A stretch of DNA of 64,000 bases from a virus: IMG/VR virus record IMGVR_UViG_3300010224_000007; one strand, written 5' to 3'. Positions 17,901-25,890 of the stretch are shown here, piece after piece. A model generated the notes under the pieces. That model saw only the letters and a program-made list of their open reading frames with translations, was not told the origin of the DNA and ran no database searches. Numbering within the stretch: the stretch's first letter is position 1; each line of letters begins with the position of its first letter. Both the position numbers and the translations under genes were made by a program.

Positions 17901-18791
17901 GTTCAGTCGCTGTCGGACAGTAAGGAACTGGGCGACCCAACCTACCTCGTTATTCACAATCCAGCACCTGCGGCGCTCACCAACGTCAAAGTGGAAGATA
18001 CGGTTGCCGGTGCATTCATCACCTTCGATGAGGTCACTAAGCGCGACTACCAGGGTGTTGTCGTTCATGCCTCGACTATGGACGGTTTCACCCCGACCAT
18101 TGAAAACGAGGTGTTCCGAGGACGGCAGAACAACATTCGCATTAAACTCGACAAGCATCAGACTTGGTACATTAGGCTCGCTGCCTTTGACGCTTTCGGC
18201 ACCAGCGATCTCAACTATACCCCTCAGTTTGCGGTCAACACCGATGTGACTGCTGGCGATCCAGACCCCGGAACTGTGAACGGCAGCGCCAATGTGATGT
18301 TTTCGAACAAGTGTATCATCAGCAAGGTGAACGCGAAGAACTGGTCCGGCAATGCAGTCGGCAACAAATATACCGAAGAGGTCGTGCTTCAGAACACTGT
18401 CCTGAAGGTTCACAACACTCGCGCCCGCCCGGTAGCGATCGACCTGACCCTCGGCATCAAGAACCTCCTTGATGGTTCCAGTTCACCGCATGATCCAAAG
18501 ACCTTCGTCGACAGCCAACTCTACTTCGAGACCCAGAAGAACGGTGACACGAGCTGGATGCAGCTCGCGAAGGTTCGCGCCATGTCGGTGGTCAAGGGCG
18601 CGAAGGATATCGAGAACAGCTCGATCACCCGAAAGTTCGACCTGACCCACCACATCAGCACTGACGATGCTGGGGATTGGAGGTATCGGGCTCGATTGGT
18701 CACCGCCCACCGCAATGGTGATAGCGGCAATCTCTCTGCTGCCGATGTTTATGTGACTGTCATCGCCAATCTGGTTTGGAGTAAGAACTGA
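14949..18791 (+). CDS. Central tail fibre/tip attachment protein J (1280 aa)
   Basis: LLGISEGPIKGL, YTDNPAYI, RFTFNG, GCTSEAEAVRRAKY motifs; FN3-like C-terminal part. Confidence 0.9.
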   Translation: MTIHPFRGAGFGGSSSPHSQEDNMFSTDVVEVLLGISEGPIKGLKDGAKSFYAGDTPLRAETGENNIGLYDLTHLRGSVTGEPIVSKLGGFGSSTTVNAPELAPLVPVVRQGSYTKIDYLDLRIVINRLGKETDKGSYEGTGQVKLEYRKIGAADWKPVRNLAHKPEDEDQDDGANKERHQQVSKKPKSSPSPDDRVTYWQSGTPPTTVEDAIWFDSDNGNKPMKISEGSWVAYPGASSSGGVWTWTAKSTWGNDNTYKAYAQAKKPKNAKQGDYWLRPPDDPDDEDDGSIHEPIGICFMFNGNSWNIAAGSLEPGGFGTGGETTVLDDGVIQFEGRISSPEVKEFRIPVDNYDGLYEMRVTRMTEADDSEHFFSVTWESFQEVTAKTWQFEALATTQLVVGASDQFSSIPDFYGIYQGRIVKVPSNYDPVSRTYGEGIWDGTWKNAYTDNPAYIGKDLVDNDRYGINAYYPLTIRDMDVYAAGQWCDNVTADGSPRFTFNGLISDPRGGRETVNYVFGLFGGRFFDDGNGFGVIKLDDDSAATMLFTPENVEDGVFVYSFTDVNSRANDYTVTFTNPDLNWETDRRRVYDQDHIDQYGRIPANFEAIGCTSEAEAVRRAKYKLITSTTEVMTVSFKTNRMGLYAEPYQIILIADEDIQAGLSGRILDLPTRDHIVLRDAIYLEPGFNYTVAVQHVNDIGQYAMVKVDIQNNLSGSVMELPLQSNLPDDLPDYAVFSIERRDGTAAPKAFRIISIGESEGDPDKVEIQAIEVNRNKWLYVDGYLHSPAAVDKVNLGLRALPKPVEKLHCKAEARKHGRGWLYEVVLDWTRSPSKKVVKYHIYASSNDGPMVRIGETKARRFELHNVRQGDYLFAVTAVGVDTMESEPHYIEHRLTGDFTEFDEIENLRLIDNIGGENQFQDRSPVIGWDDLLSPRHDKYVVKILDNDTGEVLRTERIEPHKYRYHFDDNKTDHGGTPARHIKFSVQSLSDSKELGDPTYLVIHNPAPAALTNVKVEDTVAGAFITFDEVTKRDYQGVVVHASTMDGFTPTIENEVFRGRQNNIRIKLDKHQTWYIRLAAFDAFGTSDLNYTPQFAVNTDVTAGDPDPGTVNGSANVMFSNKCIISKVNAKNWSGNAVGNKYTEEVVLQNTVLKVHNTRARPVAIDLTLGIKNLLDGSSSPHDPKTFVDSQLYFETQKNGDTSWMQLAKVRAMSVVKGAKDIENSSITRKFDLTHHISTDDAGDWRYRARLVTAHRNGDSGNLSAADVYVTVIANLVWSKN

Positions 18792-19177
18792 TGATCGTCT
18801 CGGTCTATGACGACACCGGCCAATTCACCCTGCAATGCGAGCTTGGCGACGGTGAGACGCCTGACATTCCAACTGGTGGTGGCTACGTCGAAGGCGCGAT
18901 CAATGGCGACATCTATTACGTCGTCGGTGGCGTCTTGACTCCGCGTCCGTCTCTTCTCTCGGACTTCGATTTCCTTGTTGATGCCGATGGCGTGGACGAG
19001 GTATCATTTTCAATTCCCGCCAACACTGTCGTCAATCATGAGGGGAAGACATACTTCTCCAGTGCCGATGAACTGTTCGTCTTTAAGTCGTCCATACTAG
19101 GGGAGTGGGAGTTTGAAATACTCCCGCCCTTTCCCTATATACAGAACGACATAAAGGTGACTGCGATTGCTGTTTGA
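18791..19177 (+). CDS. Hypothetical tail-associated protein (128 aa)
   Basis: TGATG coupling, position between J and the fibre. Confidence 0.55.
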   Translation: MIVSVYDDTGQFTLQCELGDGETPDIPTGGGYVEGAINGDIYYVVGGVLTPRPSLLSDFDFLVDADGVDEVSFSIPANTVVNHEGKTYFSSADELFVFKSSILGEWEFEILPPFPYIQNDIKVTAIAV

Positions 19178-22100
19178 AAAAATCCAAAAGACCTTCACTG
19201 CTAACTTTTCTGGATCGGCAAAAGCCAAAGCAATCGCGCTGAAATGGAACAAATCCACCGATCCACAGTTCTTCGAATTCGTCGCCAACCGCTATAACTC
19301 CCTTGCTGACGCGAACAGCAACACGAACTCAACAGAGGTCTATCGCGGGGTTGAACGCAAGTGTCTTGACAACGACGATCTGGTGATCTCGTCCACTTAT
19401 CACTATCGACTTTTCTACTACGATATCTATGGCAACCCCAGCGGCTTCTCTGGCATCGTCTCGATCCAGTACACTGGCTTTGCCTCTCACGATATCGTCG
19501 GCGAGATCAGCGGTGACCAAATTGCCGATGGCGCGATCGGCACCAACCACATCGATATCGGCGCGATCACTGCTGAGAAGATTGCCGACGAGGCGATCGT
19601 CGCGGAGAAGATCAAGGATGGCACGATCCAGGCGACCAAGTTCGCCGCTGGTCTGAGCGTTCCCCAGGTTGTCAGTGCGCTGCCGGCGACCGGCACGACT
19701 GGCCAGCTCGTTGTGCTCACGACGGATGGGAAGCTCTATCGCTACAATGGCACGACCTGGACGGCTGCAGTGGCTGCGGGCGACGTTAGCGGTCAGTTGA
19801 CCGATTCCCAGATCGCTGGTCTCGCAGCGACCAAACTCACCGGCCAGATCGTCGCAAACCAAATCCAGGACGGTGTGATCTCGGCGGCGAAAATGGCCTC
19901 TGGCCTGTCGATCATCGAGCGCGTCTCGACGCTGCCATCTACCGGCAACTTCACGGGCCGCATCGCCTTCCTGACCACGGACAATAAGCTCTATCGGTAC
20001 AATGGCACCGCCTGGACATCAGCTGTTCCTACGGCCGATCTCTCTGGCCAGATCACCGACGCTCAGATTGCGGGTCTGGGCGCGAGCAAGATCGCTGGCA
20101 CGATCGTCGGCACGCAAATTGCTGACGGGGCGATCACCACGGCTAAGATGACGGCCAACACGATCGATGGCAACGTCATCGCTGCGAATACGTTGAACGC
20201 CTCCAAAATCGTCGCCGGTTCCATCACGACCGACCGCATGACGGCCAACAGCATCAACGGCGATCGTATCGCTGCCAACACGCTGGGTGCCGACAAAATA
20301 ATTGCCAATTCGATCACCGCTGCTCAGATCGCCACTGGCGCAATCACCGCCGACGAGCTGGCAGCAAATTCGGTTACGGCCAAGCATCTGATCCTGACTG
20401 ACTTCTCGAACATCGTTGATGCCGGGTGGTCGCAGGGCATCATCGACGGCTGGACGCTTCAGAACAAGCTCAACTTCTACCAGGACGTTTCCAGCGGCCA
20501 GGGTGTGGCAGGCGGCTGGTATTTGCAGTCGAATGGTCGCGATCAAGCCAACTCGCTCTGGATCTCTGCGAACCCCGGCGATGTCTTCTTCTTTGACGTT
20601 TGGGTTTTCAACCAGGACGCCTCGCGAGCGAACGTCATGCTTCACACGACCACCCCGGATGGTGCCACGCACCTCTGGACGGTCGCTGCATTCACTGACA
20701 GCAAGGCGGGCTGGACTAATCTGGTTGGTCAGGCCACGGTGCCGGCAGGCCACACCAGGGCTTCCATGCTCTTGCAGACTGACCGCACCACGGGCGGCAC
20801 GGGTAGCAACACCTATTGGTCTCGCCCGATCATGCGTCGTGCGAACACGGCTGAGCTGATTGTCGATGGTTCGATCACCACCAACAGCATGGCTGCTAAT
20901 AGCATCAACGGCGACCGTATCTCGGCCAACACGCTGAACGCCTCCAAGCTGGTCGCCGGTTCGATCACGACCGATCGTTTCACCGCTAATTCGATCGGCG
21001 GTACCATCATCCAGGATGGCACGCTCAACGCCGACAAGATCGTGGCGAACTCGATCACGGCTGCTCATATCGCTGCTGGTGCCATCGGCACCTCCGAACT
21101 TGCTGTCGGCAACAGCGCGAACCAGATCGTCAATTCTGACTTCGCAACCGGCAACCTAACGAACTGGTTTGCCTCGGGCACGAGCAACGCAGCGTATTTC
21201 ACGCTGTCCTTCCGCACGGACACTTACGCTCCGGCCCCTGGCGCTCTTGAAATTCGGCAGATCAACGGCACGGCCAGCCAGTATTACGATGTTAGTCCAA
21301 CCGACGCCAATGGCGCTCAGCAGTATTACAATGTCGCCGCAAACAAGTGGTATGAGCTTTCCTGCTACTTCAACGGCCATCGCTGCAACAACATCGCCCT
21401 GTACATCCAGTGGTTCGACAGCAACGGAACCCATATCTCTTACTCGTTGGTTGCTTCACCTTCGGCGAACATCAACACAAACCCAGCGAAAATGCTGTCG
21501 AACTACACCCGTGCGTGGGGCAAGGCGCAGGCACCGTCGAACGCCGCCCGCTGCCGTGTTTTCTTCCGCCACAACGGTACGGTCGCCGGTCAGGCTGACT
21601 CTTATCTCTGGATCTACAAGGCCTTCTTCGGTGAGGCGAACGCTAACCAGACCGAGGCAACCCCGTGGTCGCCAGCCGGCCTGACCTTGATCGGCAACGG
21701 CAACATCGCCACGGACGCGATCACTGCCGACAAGATCAACGTCACCAATCTGGCTGCGATCAGCGCGACCCTGGGTAACGTCGACATCTCAAATGCCAAC
21801 ATCGGAACGCTGACGATTGGTAGCGCCAATCTGGGAAACGGTGCAGTCAACTTCAGCAAGACCGATCCGACGCTGCCAGCCGCACTCCAAGTGGCCCCTT
21901 TTGGTGCTCAGACCGCAACTGACGTTGATCTGGACGGCAAGACCGATATTGCGATCAAGTGGACCTGGAACCTCACCAACGTAACGCAGACGACGAACAC
22001 GATCGTGGGTTACCAATGCACGATTCTGGAAGCCGGCACGAAGATCGATAGCTTTTACACGACCGACCAGACCGTTACCCGTAAGGTCAAGACCGGCAAG

Positions 22101-23471
22101 GCCTACATTCTTCAGGTCCAGACTGTCGGCTTCAACGGTAAGATGAGCAATGCCGTTAATTCGAACTCGGTGACGCCGACGAAGAAGGCAGCCGTCGTCA
22201 ACGGCACCTTCGTCGTGTCGAATTTCACCGTGACCCAGAGGGACTATTCGGCCTGGCTGGAATGCACGCGCTGCACTGAGCCGGACTACCTCGAAACTCG
22301 TTTCTATCGCTATGCCACCTTGGCGGATGCAAATGCAGACACCAACCGCAAGGACTTGGGCTCCTACTACGCCAACACCTATTTCGACGAAGACGACGCG
22401 CTCACGATTGGTTCTTCGTATTGGTACCGCATCCAGCATTTCGATAGGTTCCGGAACCCCGGCCCGCTGTCGGCTGTCCAGAGCGTCACGATCGTTGGTC
22501 CTAAGCACAAGGATCTGATTGTTCGCAATACGCAAAACCTGATCGAAGACTTCGATTGTGAGGATGTGTCTCAGTGGATCGTCAGTAACGCTGGCACCGC
22601 ACTCGTCCGCTCGGTCAACACTACCAATCTCGGCTCGGGCAAGTATAAGATCCAGACCACCGGTATCCAGGCGGAAATCCGGTCGGTCGTCATCCCCCTG
22701 CCAGCAACGGCTGGTATGCGCCGATACAGGCTCTCTTGCTATGCCGGTCCCATCGATGGGTCCACCGCCACGATAAAGATTTTCGGCACTGTTTGGGGTC
22801 GTGACGCAAACGGCAATCCGTCCTCCCTCGGCCTTGATGTCAATTCCGCGAGCATCACGGTCAACACACCCACTTACATCGAGACGATCATCGCGGTACC
22901 CGCTGGATTCGATATGGTCAAGATGACCGTCGAGACGACGGACGCAACCAGTAAGACTTGGGCGATTATGTCGCCGTCGATCGTTCCGATCGTGGACACG
23001 ACGGACATCTATGACCTTGCTGTCACTCGCGCCAAGATCGACGACCTGGCTGTCAATGCGGCGAAGATGGCTAACAGCACCATTGTGCCAGCGAAGATCG
23101 CCAACGATTCGCTGACGGTGGTTCTCGATGCTGCCGACAACACCACCCTGGCGCTCACCAACGGCGTAGCCACTGTTGCTAACTCTATTGCATCCGGAAC
23201 GAGCGCCGACACAGATGTTGTCCATGTTCTCGGCAGCTTCAAGAATGTGTCAGGTGCGGCCAAGAACTTCGACGTAAGCCTTGAGCTCGGGGACGGAACG
23301 CTTCTGCGTAGTTGGCCTGGTATCGTGCTCCAGGACAATGACGTTCGTCCATTCCTTACCTATCACCGGCCGACTGCCGCCAATCACGTCTATCGCCTGA
23401 TGGTCACCGCCAACGGCACCGGCTGCTCTATCTCCCGCCGTGTCATCGAAGTCACGAGGAATGAACGCTGA
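19167..23471 (+). CDS. Long modular tail fibre (1434 aa)
   Basis: Many I.AN.ITADKI-type repeats, an 85-aa tandem duplication, carbohydrate-binding-like inserts and FN3-like modules. Confidence 0.85.
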   Translation: MLFEKIQKTFTANFSGSAKAKAIALKWNKSTDPQFFEFVANRYNSLADANSNTNSTEVYRGVERKCLDNDDLVISSTYHYRLFYYDIYGNPSGFSGIVSIQYTGFASHDIVGEISGDQIADGAIGTNHIDIGAITAEKIADEAIVAEKIKDGTIQATKFAAGLSVPQVVSALPATGTTGQLVVLTTDGKLYRYNGTTWTAAVAAGDVSGQLTDSQIAGLAATKLTGQIVANQIQDGVISAAKMASGLSIIERVSTLPSTGNFTGRIAFLTTDNKLYRYNGTAWTSAVPTADLSGQITDAQIAGLGASKIAGTIVGTQIADGAITTAKMTANTIDGNVIAANTLNASKIVAGSITTDRMTANSINGDRIAANTLGADKIIANSITAAQIATGAITADELAANSVTAKHLILTDFSNIVDAGWSQGIIDGWTLQNKLNFYQDVSSGQGVAGGWYLQSNGRDQANSLWISANPGDVFFFDVWVFNQDASRANVMLHTTTPDGATHLWTVAAFTDSKAGWTNLVGQATVPAGHTRASMLLQTDRTTGGTGSNTYWSRPIMRRANTAELIVDGSITTNSMAANSINGDRISANTLNASKLVAGSITTDRFTANSIGGTIIQDGTLNADKIVANSITAAHIAAGAIGTSELAVGNSANQIVNSDFATGNLTNWFASGTSNAAYFTLSFRTDTYAPAPGALEIRQINGTASQYYDVSPTDANGAQQYYNVAANKWYELSCYFNGHRCNNIALYIQWFDSNGTHISYSLVASPSANINTNPAKMLSNYTRAWGKAQAPSNAARCRVFFRHNGTVAGQADSYLWIYKAFFGEANANQTEATPWSPAGLTLIGNGNIATDAITADKINVTNLAAISATLGNVDISNANIGTLTIGSANLGNGAVNFSKTDPTLPAALQVAPFGAQTATDVDLDGKTDIAIKWTWNLTNVTQTTNTIVGYQCTILEAGTKIDSFYTTDQTVTRKVKTGKAYILQVQTVGFNGKMSNAVNSNSVTPTKKAAVVNGTFVVSNFTVTQRDYSAWLECTRCTEPDYLETRFYRYATLADANADTNRKDLGSYYANTYFDEDDALTIGSSYWYRIQHFDRFRNPGPLSAVQSVTIVGPKHKDLIVRNTQNLIEDFDCEDVSQWIVSNAGTALVRSVNTTNLGSGKYKIQTTGIQAEIRSVVIPLPATAGMRRYRLSCYAGPIDGSTATIKIFGTVWGRDANGNPSSLGLDVNSASITVNTPTYIETIIAVPAGFDMVKMTVETTDATSKTWAIMSPSIVPIVDTTDIYDLAVTRAKIDDLAVNAAKMANSTIVPAKIANDSLTVVLDAADNTTLALTNGVATVANSIASGTSADTDVVHVLGSFKNVSGAAKNFDVSLELGDGTLLRSWPGIVLQDNDVRPFLTYHRPTAANHVYRLMVTANGTGCSISRRVIEVTRNER

Positions 23472-24013
23472 TGTTCTTCGCCATCTACAATACCTCGACC
23501 GGATCTACCATTGGAGCGTCCGGCCCTGATATGGAATGGGCACAAGGTGAGGCGGCAGCACGAGGAGAAGAATGGGCCGTCCTTGAGACCGACCATCGTG
23601 TCGACAATGCCACGGAGAGGGTTGACCTCTCGGTCAATCCACCTGTGTTGGTGTCGATCGTGCCGGAATTGACGCCATCTGAACTTCTGATTGGTATCAA
23701 TCAGGAGCGGGACAGGCGGCTGCAGCTCGGCAAGCAGTTCGGCGACATCTATGTCACCGGCAACGAGCGCGACATCACCAACCTAACCAATCTGGCTCTC
23801 GGTGCTCAGATTCGACTGGGAATGCGCGACACGACCACCACGACGAGGTTCCGGGACGGAAACAACGTCGATCACATGCTGGCACCAGCCGAATTGCTCG
23901 ATCTCTGGGAAGAGGCTTCGGCTTATGTCTCTGCGCTCTATGAGGCCTCCTGGAACCTGAAGAGCATGACGCCCATCCCTCAAAACTTCACGGACGATAG
24001 TTACTGGCCATGA
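23471..24013 (+). CDS. Tail fibre-associated/assembly protein (DUF4376-like C-terminus)
   Basis: Follows the fibre; INQERDRRL...FRDGNNVDHML..AEL..L...A..YV..LY pattern. Confidence 0.6.
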   Translation: MFFAIYNTSTGSTIGASGPDMEWAQGEAAARGEEWAVLETDHRVDNATERVDLSVNPPVLVSIVPELTPSELLIGINQERDRRLQLGKQFGDIYVTGNERDITNLTNLALGAQIRLGMRDTTTTTRFRDGNNVDHMLAPAELLDLWEEASAYVSALYEASWNLKSMTPIPQNFTDDSYWP

Positions 24014-24186
24014 CCAGACACAAAGGAATCATCATCTATGGTACTGAGCTAGACCGTGAGAAACTCGCGGCTCTGGCCTTCGCCACCAACAAGTCTGGCA
24101 GTGAATTTCTGATCGATCTCCTGCGCGAGAAATACGAAAAGGTTTTTGGAGACGCTGATCCAAAACTCATCACTATGAACCGTTAG
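24010..24186 (+). CDS. Small RHH-like protein (58 aa), absent from the ORF track
   Basis: ATGA overlap; MTRHKGIIIYGTELDREKLAALAFATNKSGSEFLIDLLREKYEKVFG has a strand-helix-helix pattern. Confidence 0.5.
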   Translation: MTRHKGIIIYGTELDREKLAALAFATNKSGSEFLIDLLREKYEKVFGDADPKLITMNR

Positions 24187-24257
24187 TTCTGAGCAATACC
24201 CCCGCTGCGGTCCTATATTTCGAGGAATGATACTCATTCCCCGAAGGCGATAACTGC

Positions 24258-24581
24258 ATGCAAAACGATGACCACATTCGTCTCGATAACATGGAGAGGA
24301 CTATCATCGGTTTGACCGAGCAAGTCAGCCGGGTAGCCTCCTACATGGAGCGGTTGGTCGTTGTCGAGGAGCGCAACAGCACTATGGCAAAGGTCATCAC
24401 AGACTTTCGCGCTGACATGAAGGAAGAACTGAAGTCCGTCAAGGACGACTACAAAGAGCTGAACGGCAAATACGAAAGCCTCAACGCTCGGGTGATCCAA
24501 CTCTTCGCAGGAATCGGAGTTATCTCGGTCCTGTTCTCCATGGTTGGGCCGATGCTCATCAAAACCTTCCTTGGAGGCTGA
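24258..24581 (+). CDS. Coiled-coil protein with C-terminal membrane anchor (lysis-associated)
   Basis: Coiled coil then VIQLFAGIGVISVLFSMVG; first gene of the lysis cassette. Confidence 0.6.
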   Translation: MQNDDHIRLDNMERTIIGLTEQVSRVASYMERLVVVEERNSTMAKVITDFRADMKEELKSVKDDYKELNGKYESLNARVIQLFAGIGVISVLFSMVGPMLIKTFLGG

Positions 24582-24582
24582 C

Positions 24583-24783
24583 ATGAAACTTCACAAGGAT
24601 TGGAAGAAAATTCTCTTCCACTCTCACGCCATCAAGCTCGCAACTGTGGTCACGGTTCTGAATGTGCTTGAGGCGATACTGCCCGCGTTCGAGGGCCTTC
24701 CATACGTGAAGGGTATCTCGGCTGTCGTCTCAGCGAGCGTCATCGTCGCTCGCCTCATCTACCAGGACAAACTACATGATTAA
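24583..24783 (+). CDS. Holin (66 aa)
   Basis: GGAGG RBS; MKLHKDWKKIL..., two hydrophobic segments, immediately upstream of the endolysin. Confidence 0.7.
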   Translation: MKLHKDWKKILFHSHAIKLATVVTVLNVLEAILPAFEGLPYVKGISAVVSASVIVARLIYQDKLHD

Positions 24784-25243
24784 GAGCAAGCGCATGAAGG
24801 GAGCAGCCTTCGCCGCTGCGGCCATCGCACTGATCGGTGGCTTCGAAGGCCTTCGCCTCAATTCCTATCCAGACGTCATCGGCGTCTGGACCGCATGTTA
24901 TGGTGAAACGAAGGGCATCCGCAAGGGAATGCGCTTCACCAAGCCTGAGTGCGACAAGATGTTCGCCGGCCGGCTGGCCGAGTTCGAGACCAAGATGCAG
25001 GCCTGCATCAAGAATCCTGACATGATCCCGGATAAACCGTATCTGGCCTTCCTCTCGCTTTCCTACAACATCGGCACGGGTGCATTCTGCAAGCCGTCGA
25101 CCGTGGTGAACAAGATCAATGCCGGCGACCTGAAGGGTGCCTGCAACGCCATCGCCCTCTATGACAAGGCTGGCGGTCATGTCGTGCAGGGTCTGAAGAA
25201 CCGGCGCAAGAAGGAAGTGGCGTTCTGCCTCTCGGGCCTCTGA
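24776..25243 (+). CDS. Endolysin, GH24 lysozyme with SAR-like N-terminus
   Basis: E-x8-D-x5-T triad (EGLRLNSYPDVIGVWT); Ala-rich N-terminal hydrophobic segment; GLKNRRKKE. Confidence 0.92.
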   Translation: MIKSKRMKGAAFAAAAIALIGGFEGLRLNSYPDVIGVWTACYGETKGIRKGMRFTKPECDKMFAGRLAEFETKMQACIKNPDMIPDKPYLAFLSLSYNIGTGAFCKPSTVVNKINAGDLKGACNAIALYDKAGGHVVQGLKNRRKKEVAFCLSGL

Positions 25244-25527
25244 TGGGAAAGCTCAGCCTTTACGGCGTCATCGTCGCGCTCATCTTCTCAATGGGCTTCA
25301 TGATGGGCCTGGACTGGAACAAGAAGGCCCAGGTCGCTGCTGAGAACAAGCAGCTCAAACAAAACGAAGTGGTGATTTCGAAGGACAGCCAAGCTGCCCA
25401 GGCGAACACGGTCACCCTGCAACGGCTCGACCAGATCACCAAGGAAACGCTCAATGCACTGCCGGAACCTGACAATCGCTGCTTTGACAGCAATGATGTT
25501 GACGAGCTGCGTAAGCTCTGGAAGTAG
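25243..25527 (+). CDS. Inner-membrane spanin (Rz-like)
   Basis: N-terminal transmembrane segment plus coiled coil, after the endolysin. Confidence 0.8.
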   Translation: MGKLSLYGVIVALIFSMGFMMGLDWNKKAQVAAENKQLKQNEVVISKDSQAAQANTVTLQRLDQITKETLNALPEPDNRCFDSNDVDELRKLWK

Positions 25528-25708
25528 GAATCTTCCCCCGCTGCCGGCCGACCTCCCGGCCTGCTTCGAGCAGCTTGTGGCTGCTCCTGATCGTGGATCT
25601 ATGACCAAGCAGGAGATCTTCGAACTGATCGGCAAGCTCAAACGAAGCGAGCTTGAAAAGAGCCTCTGTGGAAAGCGGCTCATCACTTGGTACAATAGCC
25701 TCAAATAA
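25454..25708 (+). CDS. Outer-membrane spanin lipoprotein (Rz1-like)
   Basis: Lipobox LTSC, Pro-rich mature part, overlaps the i-spanin 3' end. Confidence 0.8.
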   Translation: MHCRNLTIAALTAMMLTSCVSSGSRNLPPLPADLPACFEQLVAAPDRGSMTKQEIFELIGKLKRSELEKSLCGKRLITWYNSLK

Positions 25709-25709
25709 G

Positions 25710-25735
25710 AAAGCCCGCCAATCGGCGGGCTTTTC
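25710..25735. terminator. Bidirectional terminator between the late and replication arms
   Basis: AAAGCCCGCC/GGCGGGCTTT stem with A/T runs on both sides, between convergent genes. Confidence 0.85.
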
Positions 25736-25890
25736 TATTCAAACACTCCAACAATGGTTTTGGTGAGTTTTTCGACCCTGCGAACCTTCAGGTATCGCTC
25801 TGCCTTGGCCTTCTTCAGCGCCTCGGCGTCGTCCTGGGCGGCTATCTTGTGCCGCCCAGAGTCCGTGATCATGTAATAGGTGACGTCCAT
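25735..25890 (-). CDS. Hypothetical protein (51 aa)
   Basis: MDVTYYMITDSGRHKIAAQDDAEALKKAKAERYL...; start coupled to the RNR stop. Confidence 0.5.
   Translation of the reverse strand: MDVTYYMITDSGRHKIAAQDDAEALKKAKAERYLKVRRVEKLTKTIVGVFE

Noticed and set aside
19167-23471. Diversity-generating retroelement acting on the fibre
   Set aside because: The repeats are in-frame protein duplications with scattered differences; no reverse transcriptase or template repeat seen.
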